Positions 1-12,229 of a DNA stretch of 64,000 nucleotides are shown here, piece after piece. Origin of the DNA: Amphiscolops sp. MND2022 (Eukaryota). The DNA is taken from contig CAXLNC010000756.1 in NCBI GenBank assembly GCA_964187785.1, positions 1 through 64,000 on the forward strand. The letters are read 5' to 3'. The notes beneath the pieces were generated by a model. It was not told the origin of the DNA. It made no database searches and was given only the letters and a program-made list of their open reading frames with translations. Position 1 is the first letter of the stretch, and every line of letters starts with the position of its first letter. The translations under genes and the position numbers were made by a program.

Positions 1-63
1 CTGAATTGATAGACAAATGCATGTCAATGCAAAACCTAATATGCCCATATCTTGGAATGAAGG

Positions 64-530
64 ACTCTAAAATGCAAAGTTGATGCTCAGTCTTGGCGCT
101 TGATTTACTATTGTGCCTTTGATATAATTTTGAAGTTATTACGTCATGATAATGAAACACTGATGGAGCTAATTTTAGTAACGAATTGTTCTAAATTAAG
201 TAGCATGACACTAACCATTTCGCCTGTCACCCCGATCAGACTATAAATAGGAGCAGACCCATGGTCAGGGAACACAACTTCTACTGCGGAACTCACAACC
301 ACAACAAAAACTGAAATTACGAATATTGACCGTTTGTCAAAACTGATCATTTTATTGTTCGCAACATTTGTATACCAGATAATCTCATTTCATTTCATTG
401 AGTTTGATATAGCACATTGCTAAGATAGTTCAATTCTTTAGTCTGAACGATTCTTTGAAATGCCTTCAACTAGGAAGCAGAAAGCAAAAGAAAGACGCTC
501 GAAACAGTCAGATATAGAAAACTTTGACGT
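64..530 (+). repeat. 5' terminal (LTR-like) repeat of element A, copy 1, running into the gag start
   Basis: Aligns to 11046-11517 (e.g. cgcctgtcaccccgatcagact...ggaacacaacttctactgcggaactcacaacca...gtctgaacgattctttgaaatgccttcaactaggaagcagaaagc); the 5' part is more diverged. Confidence 0.85.
242..247 (+). promoter_or_regulatory. Candidate TATA box in the LTR-like repeat
   Basis: cTATAAAtagg ~215 bp upstream of the gag ATG (460); second copy reads ctTTAAAtagg. Confidence 0.45.
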
Positions 531-2176
531 AATGTTGGGGAGCTATCAATGAGATAATAGTGAAACTCAAAATGGAAATGATGCAAGAGAAATTGACCCA
601 ATGTCAATTAGACGTGAGAAAAGTTCAAATCAGAATGAAAATGACCACAGGTCTTACTTGAATACTAATCAAAGTGAGAATAGTTGTTTGACTGTTGAAA
701 CGAGTAGAGCTATTAGTTCAGAAATTTCATCACAAATGTCAAGGAAGTTTGAGGAATGCAATCTAGGTTAAACTCTCAGATATTGGACATTATAAACACC
801 GCAATTGAGACCAGGGTGTTGCCCGGCATCAGAAATTCTGTTGGGAGACATAATTCAACAAAAAATGCAAATTTGGACCTTCGGTCAGATGGACTGCATC
901 CCGAAAATGCCAGTAAGTCTACTCAGGATGCTCAGAATGAGTTTCCGAGACTAGTATTGACTAAAAGTAGCCAAACGAACCACTGTATTCAGTGGATTCT
1001 CAACAAAGTGATGACGAATTTGATTACGACATGGTGACAGGAGCCAACGCTACCCCTCCAACTCTCCCAAAATTTCTGACCGGACCGCCCATGCCACACC
1101 GAAATAAAACTCCCCAACAGCAATGTATCAATGATGACACACTTGATACAACTCTTCCAGCACAACAAATACCAGTGCATACAAACACTCCGAATATAAA
1201 CTCAGAAGCTCCAGTAAATCACATTAACCGACTTGCTGACGTGATTATGGACATGAACAGCAATCCATCGGCACAAACAATGATGGTACGACCAGTCAGT
1301 ACAACCACACTGACAATTGATGGCAAATCTGAAAAATTTGAATTGTTCGAAGATCTTTTTTGAACCATGATAAAGGTGCAACCTGACATGACGGAAACAA
1401 TGAAAATCAACCATTTTTATTCATTGCTGCGCAGGAATGCGCTACAGACTTTCTGTAACATCAATTTTGCAAACAGACAAACACTGGAGGATGTTTGGCC
1501 GGAGTTCGTAGGAAATATGTGAAACCCGTGTCCCAGGCGACCACCAAACACAAAATGGCACTGATTAGTGTTTGATCCAAACACTATGAAACTGCCAGAT
1601 TTCCTTAAACAATTAAACCAAGGACCTGAAAAAGCGTTTGGCCAGAACGCCCAGGCCATGATTGATAGCCTCCTTCACGCTAAACTGCCACCCAAACTGA
1701 AACGCTCGGTCAACATGGCAACACTCGAGAAAGCTACCTATGAGGAAATAGTCACTCACCTGGAACGAGAACTAGAACTGAAAGGACTTGAGGTAGGGGA
1801 CGACATTCCAGTACCAACAATGTCATCCGCCCGACAGTAACTCGACCGAGAACAGGCATTCTTTCCTCTGGCATTGACCCAGTATTATTTGCAACTATTG
1901 CAAAAAACCCAGTCACACAAAGTACGAATGTCGCAAAGTAAAAAAGAAAGAAGAACAAAAACGCAATGACGGTCAGAAAACCAAAAAAGAGTATCCAAAG
2001 TGCCCGACTTGTGAAACAACGAACACCTGGCGGAACGGTGTTGGAAAGGCGCTGGAGCCCACCTCAAACCCAAAAACCTCAAACTGGACAACCCCAGACT
2101 TGAGGAAACGATCATGAGTCAAGATGACGCCACCAATAAACTGACTACTTCTACCCTTAAAAACCCAAAAAACTAG
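460..2176 (+). pseudogene. gag: gag (frameshifted, internal stops)
   Basis: Starts MPSTRKQKAKERRS; capsid-like segment DGKSEKFELFEDLF...KLPPKLKRSVN; knuckles CNYCKKPSHTKYEC and degenerate CPTCETT-HLAERC; ends ...KNPKN-TAG. ORF-track pieces 756-1037, 992-1363, 1568-1840. Confidence 0.85.
2167..2176 (+). promoter_or_regulatory. -1 ribosomal frameshift slippery heptamer A-AAA-AAC abutting the gag stop
   Basis: CCA AAA AAC TAG, in correct XXXYYYZ phase; the -1 frame continues open (KLDLPRLHINEKLRVRQYII...). Confidence 0.7.
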
Positions 2177-3200
2177 ATTTGCCACGACTCCATATTAATG
2201 AAAAACTACGTGTCAGACAATATATAATATCTGACCCTCCTATTGTTCATTATACTGAATACCACTCATCGCTCAAAGAAAATTCATCAACTGACTAGCG
2301 GCATCAGACGAAAAATACCTCTACTAACTTACTTGACTTAGACCGTCAATCCGACAGACTGCATTGCACTACTATTACCCGGCCTCCACCTCTTATAGTT
2401 GACTGTAACCCCCATTACCCTGACCCAGACTTTGGCTTCGACCCCTATTGGGACATTCAGATCTACAACAAATATCATCTTCATTTCTACAACAATTTCC
2501 AAAAAACTCTTACGAAAATGGAACCCGCCTCATATGAAACTGACCAAAATCTCAACATAGCTCTGACCAAGGCTCTCGTAGACCCTCGGCATTGAAAATG
2601 GACTGCCACCAGTCTGGCAACTCAGGATGAACCAATGGAAGCGTCTTCTCAAGACGGACCTGTGGTCACGCTAACTGCAACCGTAGAAGAACGATTTGTG
2701 AATACGCTAATCCCACGAGACGGTGAACCCGACTACGTCCCGACCAACCCGACTACGTCCCGACCAACCCTACAACCAACCTTGGACTAAAATACAAAAG
2801 ACCCATGCTCTACTTTCCGATGGATTTCGACGAACTAACATTAGATGGCCTTGTTGTCACGGGAGCCCTATCTAGCGCGATCCCAGAAGCTGATCTACGT
2901 AAAATCCGATTATTAGCCCCTCCGTCAATAATCAAAGAGGGCCCAGCACCTAACTTCCGGATAATTGTAGCTAGTGGACAACTGGAGACTCCGGAGAGCA
3001 CTGTCGAACCCAAATTTGACGTCGGGGACATCGATTTCCATGAGATTTTCATAGTCATGGAAAAACTCACAAGTCCGTTATTGGTCTCTCGTTCCTTCAA
3101 CGGAACAACCAAACTAGATATGCGACTGGGAAACTTCGATTTTTGAATGCAATTTTTTTCCATGCAATTGAAAACAGCGGATCACAAGTACACTAACGTC
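2177..3200 (+). pseudogene. pol: pol N-terminus with retropepsin-type aspartic protease (catalytic D mutated)
   Basis: ORF 2805-3146: LTLDGLVVTGALSSAIPEADLRKIRLL, from the (I/V)DTGA motif with D->V; continues FFSMQLKTADHKY in another frame. Confidence 0.8.
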
Positions 3201-3617
3201 ATGGAATCTATCTGCCTACTCGACACGATGCAAATACTGACGACGCCGCTGCTGAGCAGCGTGAACACGAAATCAACGATGCGGACCTTCGGTCCGTCGA
3301 CTGCAAAGAGATACTAACTCAGCTGAGTCTGAGCAACTGCCTGAGCAGCCGGCTGAAAATACGGCTGACACGGACCTTAGGTCAACTCGACGGCAATCAA
3401 CTACTGATTCAGAAACTGATGAACCCACCTCTAAAAGCCCCATAGAGACGAGAAATTCTGATTTTTCAAATTGTAGAGGAAAGGATATAATCGTGCCTGA
3501 TTTATCAAAAACGAAAATGATGAAATGGCTGTTGAAAACGGAAGTCCCAGTGGAGGAAAATATAATCTACGTCCTAACCCTACCCCACTTTACTGACGAA
3601 AACAGATACTTGCTAGA
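3201..3617 (+). pseudogene. pol: pol C-terminal tail, joined directly to protease (RT, RNase H and IN core deleted)
   Basis: Acidic low-complexity tail ending GGKYNLRPNPTP; no YxDD, RNase H or DDE motifs between 3200 and 3617. Confidence 0.65.
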
Positions 3618-5243
3618 CCTGTAAACTAAGTCCCCTCAGTTTAATGGGACTGATTGACTTTTTGACCTGACTACAAATAACAACGGATATGAACTGCGAA
3701 AACAAAAGAAAATAAAACATAAAGGGCAATATATTTGAAATAATTTTACAGTTTCATAAACAATGGTACATATAGTACAATTAGCGCTTAGAATTGCTGG
3801 CAGCCAACAAGTCTTTAGCTGGTTGAGTCAGCTCTCCGCCAGTCAATAGATGACTTTTCTTCCGTTTTCCAGGCATCTTGACATTTGGAGTCTTTTTGTC
3901 CCAGGACACCTTGGATTGAGCATCGCTTTCCTGACGAGGACCAAACTGACCCTGTGGATCCAACTGCCGCATAAGCTCGGCTTGGTCGAAGTAATTTACA
4001 CTGTCCCAAGGACACCAAGGACAATACGTATCGGTCATCCCGAAAAACGACTCTAATTGAAGAAATGCAGCCACTGATTGATCGGATCTAACTGCTTCAA
4101 ACCCAGGAGGAACATTACGGAAAACGATTGTACTGGGAGTACAACGTCTACATGACTGCAGATGGGATCATCAGTATCAACGTAACCAAATTTAACAGCT
4201 GTTAACACTTGAAAAACCTCATCAAGGCAAAGACAAGCCAACCGGAAGAGCTTGTACAGTAGAGGTCGACTACGTAAAGAAGACTGCTCGAGAAGGAAAC
4301 TAATGGTATCCGTTACGAATAGAGTAGGCTGAACTAGATCAGGGTAAGTTTTCCTTATGTCGTCAAGAAAGGACCGGTACTCCTCACCACGAGCACCTTC
4401 TTGCTCAGACGTGAAAAAGCTGCGAAGTCGAAAGCTGGTGAAAAGCTGGGAAAAGCAATAGACTGCAAGTTCTATTGGCCCGACCAATATGGTCTCGAGA
4501 TCAAAGTAACATAAACCTTTGACAAAATCGCTTGTAAGAGCGTTCTGGCTCTGAATGCTGTTGAACAAATAGGTAACGTAACTTGGGCTCGCTCTACCAA
4601 ACTCTTCCCTATTCATGGTAACCATTTTGCCCAGACTGAGGGTCTCATTTTTTTGTCATGTTTGTCACGTTCGGCTCTGATTTTACAAGCAACTTGCAGC
4701 TTAGGGTCCAGTTTGGAGCGAGAAATGAATTCAGTGACGGTAGGGGCAGTGGTAGTCTTCAGGTCGAGATCGAGAATCGAGGACCAAATCTGTTCGGACG
4801 GAAGGTCATTCGGACATGAACAGCGCCTGTAAAGTTTGTACAGATCTTTGCAGAGTTGTCGATAGGTGTAGAACCCACCGTCTTCGCGGCCCGAGAGACT
4901 GATAGACAAGCAAGTGGCATCTAAACAATACTGGTCAAAGAGATACTTGTCACAGTAGAACATGGCAAATAAAAAGCGTATACTAACAGTCTCGAGACCG
5001 TCGTTGAAAGAATTCAAATCGGCAATGGGAAAGCTCATCGCATACGAGTGACCATTCAAGGTTCTGTGAGCTTGCATAGAAGTACCTGCTTTATCACTCC
5101 TTGCATCTGCTGAGTCAGCTAACGCGATGCAAGGAAATCGGTTATTGCACTCCAATTGGAGAGAAGTTCCGGATAACACGGGAAGTTTCGAAATGTCAAT
5201 GCAACAATTTCGTATGGCCTTCAAAGATAGATTTGGTTAATAC

Positions 5244-5276
5244 CTGTAAACAAAATAACGATTTAAGCAAACTGAC
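5244..5276 (-). other. Candidate intron 3 of the antisense gene (33 bp, possibly shortened)
   Basis: GTCAGT donor ... ttttgtttacAG acceptor between ORFs 5294-5740 and 4613-5224. Confidence 0.45.
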
Positions 5277-5761
5277 TTTAGACAACTCGGGGGCTAAAGA
5301 AGGCACTCTAGATCAAGACTTCCCCCTAGGCCGACCAGAATGTAGCGGATGACACAGAAAAATTCAAGGCAACCAAAAACGCAATAGCTCTTCTTGTGCT
5401 TCAACTTGGGTAAAGAAATGTCTTCGAAACGCTTGACACTCTGGACTCCTTCTTGAAAGAGTGGGCAATTATCTAAAAGCTGTTTGAGGTCAAACGAGCA
5501 ACCATTACAGCAAACCAAGCTTGCGCGAGTAGAATTGGCAGATAACAGACTGGCAAGGAGGTTGACTTCGGCTTGCGTCTGTCCGACCACTCGTCCGGTT
5601 CGCTCCACTAGCACCCTACATAATTGATTGTCCCTCCAGAAACAGATGTGGAGGAAGAGGAACACACCCCTTTGTTCACATTCAAGTGCGTACTGACCAT
5701 CGGCCACCACATAATTGCCAAAATCTTCAACTAGTTGCAAGAAGATGTGGTGGAACAGAAC

Positions 5762-5942
5762 CTAAAGACAACGGAAATATTTGAGACCTGATCTAAAATA
5801 GGTTAAAACACTCCCTAAGTCAATAAGTTGCAAAGTAAAAACATAACATCTAGTCCTTTCAACAGATAGGTTGACATTATTAGCTAATGCATGCTAATCG
5901 GAACTTGAAAGGAAGATGAAGACTGGTATAACTGGCACTGAC
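5762..5942 (-). other. Candidate spliceosomal intron 2 of the antisense gene (181 bp)
   Basis: GTCAGT donor, ...gtctttAG acceptor; splicing gives KDRLT|VLFHHIFLQLVEDF, in frame with ORF 5294-5740; stop-rich AT-rich interior. Confidence 0.7.
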
Positions 5943-7262
5943 AGTTAGTCGATCCTTCCCTCCAGTTGAAATCTGAGAACAGCGCTTGATGGTTGACTAC
6001 CATCCCAATGTCTTTCCATAACTTTCGTAGCAAGCCGAGATCGCCTTCAGAAGGAAGAAAGTGTCCGAAAATGGAAAGTTGGACTCGGACCCTGTTCTCC
6101 GATGAGGAAGTCATATATGTGTTGCCTGCCCTAAACTCATCCTAGAATGGCAGCTTTTCGCCAATGTCAACTAATTGAGCATCCTTGAACTTTCGGTACT
6201 CTAGTTCCAATAAGGTAAGGTGTGAGAATCTTCCCATCTTTGCCTCTAACTTGGTGACGGATGGCCCCAGTGACGGGATCCTCGATTGCCAGGTGCTCGT
6301 ACCGCCATCTTTGATCTTTCCGAAGATGACGCTCTGTTGAGTGGTGTCTCAGGATTTCTTTTGCTCCTCGCTCAGAGATGGAAATTTTCCCCTTAAAAAT
6401 CTAAGAGTAACATTTGGAAGGGTTCCACCTTGGGTCCATTGGACCAGACACGAAAGTCCGGGTCCAGGTCATCCCCTCGAAAAGTTCTTGTTCTTCTCGC
6501 ATAATCTTAGTCGACCTGGCTACACCTTTTCCCGATCTTTTCGACTTAACCTGGGCACTACCTCGGTTTCTTATCTTGCTTTTGTCTTTAACTGCTTCGT
6601 GTCTCAAATCTGCTAGTGTCTGCATTCTGGGACTGGCAGGATTGTCTACGATGTTGCTTGACGGTAAGTCATTTCGACTGCAGTACCAAGGAGAATCTCT
6701 CATGCTAAGTAGACTAGCCTTGAGGACGGCACTGTTCAACATGTCAAATGAGGCCTTAGCCGTCTCAACTGCCACAGCCTTCACGATACTAGTTATCTGT
6801 TCCCGATTTAGAGCTATGGTCATATGACCCTGGGGTAGCCTAATTGGAGAAGCATCTGTAAAACATTTGCGAATCAACTCGAGGCTACTGATGGATAGAG
6901 TAGGGGGTTTTCTCATTCTGACTTCGGTCGGCACAGTAGAGTCTTGGCTAGTGTAATCATTTCGGTCAACGATGGAATTATGGACAGGAGCGGCTAAAGC
7001 ATCGGCTAAAGTCGATTGGGCATGTCTGCTGTATTCCATGTCACTCTCACTTCGCAGTGTTACTTCGACGTTTGCACTAACCTCGGGCACCTCTTGAGTC
7101 TCAGAATTAAACGACGCAACGTCTAGATGTCCGAAGTGTGTTACCTTATTGAACAAAGGATGTCTAAGTGCTGGAGAGAACTCAAATATGAAAGACGAGG
7201 TGTCAGACGACACTTTATTTCTCTCTTTTTCCATTTCGGGTTCATCTGTCGGGAGCTAGGTG

Positions 7263-7369
7263 CTGTGAAAGAAAAGATTTACTGCATGTGGCATTAACCA
7301 CGGGGCCGACATTGGCACTCTCAGTAGGAGGAGACGTCAATTGATTTGAGCGGAGCTCCAATTGCTCAC
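7263..7369 (-). other. Candidate spliceosomal intron 1 of the antisense gene
   Basis: GTGAGC donor; acceptor aaatcttttctttcacAG with a strong pyrimidine tract just upstream of ORF 6401-7234. Confidence 0.55.
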
Positions 7370-9644
7370 TTTCGCTCTGTTTTTTTTGTGACCCGAAGTC
7401 TCAACAAGGGGATCCTCACCTCTTTTGCACTCAAAGGGATCAACCTTCCGGGTAAAATAGACAGTACAACTCTTATTAGAACCACTACTGCTGAAAGAAA
7501 ACCCCCTTCTCTGAAAGAAAACCCCCTCGAAAGTAAAACTCCGACATCAGCGAGTTGGGAGGAAATTTAGTTTTCACTCCAGCCTTCCCAACCGGTGGTC
7601 TATTGAAACTGGTCCGTGGTGTCGTGTCAATTGGCTCGGCGTTCATTGTTTCTGCTTGAGGGGCCCCACCGACAATAGCAGGTTGGGGACCAGTACTATC
7701 TAGTTCAGACACTTTGGCTTCGGATCCGTTGGACGGAGAGTCACATCGGTCGAGACAGGAGGGGTGATCTCAATCACTTCGGTTTCATCACTGGATAAAG
7801 ACCCAGTTTTTTTGGCTCCTACCACGACTGTAGGGCTGGTGTCTATAGCCTCTTCTGACTCTTGGGCAGGTTGGCCAATTGATTCATTATCTAAACGAAA
7901 AAAATGAATAGTCGCGGTTCATTTCCTGCAAAGGTATCCATCTTGCCGCATTCAAATAACAGCTGGGAGAAAATTCGAAAATTTCACACATCTTGAGATG
8001 TTTTCTCGATGGGAGAAGTAATTCAGTCAAATGAAAGAGCCCTGATCAATCTTGATTGTAACAATTTGAAAGAACCAACCCGAAGGTACTTCCATGACGG
8101 AAGATCTGAATTTCGCCGTAAAGAGTCAGCAAGATGTTGTGTTCTTTACACTAAAAGGATGCCTTCTATTGGTTGTGGCTGTTGTGATTATCCTCAAACG
8201 GGACGTCAGACCATCTCTAGTGGAAATTCCTCAGGAATGGTAACAGGATGAAACTGCAACAACTTTGAATCGTGGAAGAATTCGAATAAGAATTGATATG
8301 CTAATGAAGAGTACGAAACGACGAGAATGTTAGTTGCGTGAAATTGAAACAACAATTGAAATCCAAGGTCAAAGAGACTACGCTACAGGTGTAAATTAGT
8401 CTAACCCAGGTGAAGCTACTCAGAGTTTAAATGTCAATTTCAAATCACGAGTAAGAATGCATGTACAAATCCATGTACGTGGTGCAGCTGAATCAACTGA
8501 ATATATTCACACAAATGGAATTGCATTAGCGCTTGAAACACCGAACACTGTTTACTTTGCCTGACGGTGAGCGCACTTTACTACAGACCATTGTTTACTT
8601 TGAAGTATTAAGGCCTTTGGACTTTGGACTAAAGCTCTACCTGACTGCAAGCGAATACATGTATCAAACAAAAAATGTACCGGGACTGATGGTACACAGG
8701 AGTATATACTTCTATTTTTTGACGTCACTAACACAATTGAACTGTTCGTCTATTCGACCGCACTCATTACTTACATGTATTGTTTCACCTTACTAGATTC
8801 TTGGTATCACTACTTAACTATTGGTAATTAACACCTCTAATAAACGACCAGTATCGTCGACTACAATAAACACTTTGATGAAGTGCAAAAGTGTTTCGAG
8901 AGATAATCTTCAAAAGAACTACCAACTGTATGGCTTCTAATTGTGCGCCTCTATTTGGACACAAGGTTTGGCAAGGAGTCATGGCTACCTGGGACATGAC
9001 ACCAAATATTGGTCAAAATAACTGTCTAAAAATTACTACTGAATTTGAACAATGTGTACTGAAACTGCCAGTCATGTACTAATTCAAAGTCTAAACTTTA
9101 CCAATTTCATCATGTTACCCTACCACCATAATTTGACTCATCATCTCATATGAAATTCCATCATAGTTAGCAAATTAATTAATATTCGCCATTTCCTTAT
9201 AATCTCATCCATTTTATTCAGTTCTTAGTCACTTATTTGTCATCAAATCAACCTGATTGGCCAACCCAAACATTGCCGGGTCGACCGATGGTCTTTGAAG
9301 CTTTTTGTCGACAGAGTGTTAACGGTAACACCTCGTCATGTGATGCCGAGACGTCTTTGAAGAGGAAAGTAAGATCAACTCAAGTGGCTATTATTAAAAT
9401 AAAACCACCAAACAAATATGAATTGTCGACGAACATTAAGTCAAATCGAAGCCTAAGGAAGGAAAATTTTAACGAAAGATGAAGATGAATTTCCCGCTTA
9501 CTCTCACCCGCGAAAATATTATCGGACCTCAGGTCAGTTTGACCGCACAAAATCATTCTTCTGTTACAACGTCTCAAAACCAGCTGACCCTGACCTTGTT
9601 CAAAGATTGCAAGAAAACTATTTCTTCAACGCTTTATCAAGGAA

Positions 9645-10468
9645 ATGTCCTTGCATTCCACTTTGGAAACCAACATTAGACCACAAGTGAGTCTTTCTCA
9701 CCATTCTTCTGATGAAGATATGGAGATAGATGCAGTGTCAGTGACAGATGGTCTAGATAATCAAGACTCTGATAACGACATACAAGTTCTTGCCTGCTAC
9801 CGAGAAAGTACCCCCTTCCCTTGTCAGTTGGCAGCTGGGCGAGTAATGACGACTGAATTGACCCAGTGTCTAAATGACCTCAGTTTGCCACACGAGGATT
9901 TGATTGATTCAGTTAGCACCTTGACTGAACCCTCTCAGCAACTGCTTGACTGGTCTGTTGGAGGTCCTCCAAACAATTCTTACGATCGCTTTGGGAACGA
10001 CCACCCGATTACCCATTGTAGTCAGCTTAACCCAATTCGGGACTCGCCTTGGTCACTGCCGCCTGAAAAACAGGGCCCAATTGATGACTTCCAACATCAA
10101 CGTAACCCAATCAACACCATTGACTCCTGGTATCACAATCCCCACATTACGGGCCTTGGAATTATCATTAGTGGCAGCTGTGGTCTTCCCAACGAAACAA
10201 ACCACAGTGGATGTGTGGTCTGTGGGAAATCATACATAGACATAAGAGAGGAGATAACACTTGGGTACATAGAGCAAACCCATATAGCAGGCGAAACCCA
10301 CGAACAACGGATAGTGCGACGTGACGCCTTCCAAGCTGGTATGAAAGCAGGATCTTTCATATTAGTCCCCGGGGAGTGTCGCAAGCTGCCGCTTCTGACG
10401 GTAACATGTATCGAATAATGGCGGAAGATTTTGAGCATCTACCAGCGGCTGGTGTTTTACCCATCTAG
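9645..10468 (+). pseudogene. Sense accessory ORF of element A, unknown function (acidic N-terminus, CxxC motif)
   Basis: 257-aa ORF 9645-10418 with SGCVVCGKS; a single frameshift at ~10370 extends it as GVSQAAASDGNMYRIMAEDFEHLPAAGVLPI-TAG (10468). Confidence 0.55.
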
Positions 10469-11045
10469 AACAAACTTCAACACAATCACGACATCTACCT
10501 TACTGATTTTAAGTCCAACACATGAACTTTGAATGACCTCCAATTGCAATATACATAAATTCATCCTTTACAATTTTTGACCCAAGGTCAAAGTGACCGC
10601 AAACCAAACGATTCAATATCCTAAAATTAATAATGCCGTGTTGCTAGATGAAAGATTGTATTAACAATGAAACGTATAACTACTCAAGATATAATTATAT
10701 TTTTTGCTTTGGTGATGTAAAGCCTAATGAGTTGATTTGGTTGCTTGATTTGGTTGCTATATGTCTTGCTTAAATGGTACATTTAATTGCTGAATTAGAA
10801 ACATGTTAAACCAGTACAGCTATGCAGTCCTGTTGACGCTTGGTCACTCTAAAAAACATTTAGACTTGATGCTTATTGAATGAGTATGTTACTGCAGTTA
10901 ATAGGACGTTACGTCAACATCAAGTTGTATTTGTATTAATAACCAAATGATGCAAACACTTCGACACTCAGTCAAATGCTTGCCTTGTAGTATACGTAGT
11001 TGTTTCATGTAGTGTTGCCATTCAGCTTTAACATGAAATTATAAT

Positions 11046-11883
11046 ACTCCAAAATGCAATGTTGATGACCAGGCTTGCCACCTGATCTACTATCGTGCTA
11101 TGATATAATTTTACAGTGGTTACGTCATGATGACAAACTTTGATTTTTAGTGACAAAATATTCTGAATTGAGTAGCATGACACTCACAGTTTCGCCTGTC
11201 ACCCCGATCAGACTTTAAATAGGAGCAGACCCAAGGTCAGGGAACACAACTTCTACTGCGGAACTCACAACCAAAACAAAACTGAAAGTACAAATATTGA
11301 CCGTTTGTCAAAACTGATCATTATATTGTTCGCAACATTTGTATACCACATAATCTCATTTCATTTCATTGAGTTTGATGTAGCAAATTGCTAAGATACT
11401 TCATTTCTTTAGTCTGAACGATTCTTTGAAATGCCTTCAACTAGGAAGCAGAAAGCAAAAGAAAGACGTTCGAGACAGTCTGACTTAATGTCAGATATAG
11501 AAAACGTTGACGTAATAAGGAATACTTATGCATTTTAGAAACGTAAATTTACGCGCACTTTGAAAGTTGTGTCTTGTAATGTAGACACTGCAATTGAGAC
11601 CAGGGTGTTGCCCAGCATCAAAAAAGCTGTTGGGAGACAGAATTGAACAAAAAATGCAAATTTGGACCTTCGGTCAGATGGACTGCATCATAGTAATGCG
11701 GCCCAGGAAAATTCTCAGAAGGACCTTCAATCAAATAGACTGCATCCCGAAAATGCAAGTAAATCGACTCAGGATGCTCAGAATGAGTTTCCGAGACTAA
11801 TATCGAATAAAAGTAGCCAAACGAACCACTGTAGAGAGAATTCAGTGGATTCTCAACAAAGTCATGACGGAATTGGTTACGAC
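11046..11883 (+). repeat. Second copy of element A terminal repeat plus rearranged gag 5' fragment
   Basis: 11046-11517 matches 64-530 (gag ATG at 11431); 11590-11883 matches ~802-1030 (DLRSDGLH...PENASKSTQDAQNEFPRL); stops abruptly at 11883. Confidence 0.85.
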
Positions 11884-12229
11884 TAATGAGCACTGCTTGA
11901 AATTTTTTTTACAATGAACAGCACTTTTGGATCACGATCAATTGTGAGTAACGCTGAGTTAATTTCCAGCAACAAAAAAACCTAATAAATTGTTTTATAC
12001 TAGCGGATATTATTACAATCTGTGTAGAAAAAAATGTTCACAATTCCGTCCAGAACAAAACGATGTTTATAAAAATAGTGTGCATGAAACAGGGGTCTCA
12101 AAAGTACTCCTTCAAAATTTTCTCTGGCAATTATCTTTGACAGTTCATGTTGAACCTAAACATGTGACTTCTCCGTTGAAAACATGTAAAAACACCGTAA
12201 ATTTAGGTTAAAATATCACATACCGTTCA

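Larger units (their letters stand above)
3781..7887 (-). pseudogene. Antisense, spliced gene for a large hAT-transposase-like protein (BED/TTF-like C2H2 finger; C-terminal dimerisation-like motif)
   Basis: Collinear - strand ORFs 7485-7712, 6401-7234, 5884-6114, 5294-5740, 4613-5224, 4053-4625, 3781-4074; decayed finger Y[S*IF=CQIC]KGKISISERGAKEILRHHSTERH (6327-6412); PLLYKLFRLACLCL (~4215-4265); three GT-AG intron candidates. Confidence 0.65.
1..11883 (+). mobile_element. Element A: internally deleted Ty3/Gypsy-type retroelement with antisense and sense accessory genes
   Basis: gag with two CCHC knuckles, -1 slippery site, aspartic protease, pol C-terminal YNLR tail; ~450-bp 5' region repeated at ~11046-11517. 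Confidence 0.8.

Noticed and set aside
2728-2767. 20-bp tandem duplication in pol
   Set aside because: Ordinary slippage mutation in a dead element
3620-9640. Free-standing hAT DNA transposon inserted in element A
   Set aside because: No terminal inverted repeats or 8-bp TSD found by eye; kept only as the alternative hypothesis
1-11883. DIRS/Ngaro split-direct-repeat element
   Set aside because: Has a retropepsin protease and Gypsy-type pol tail; no tyrosine recombinase motif seen
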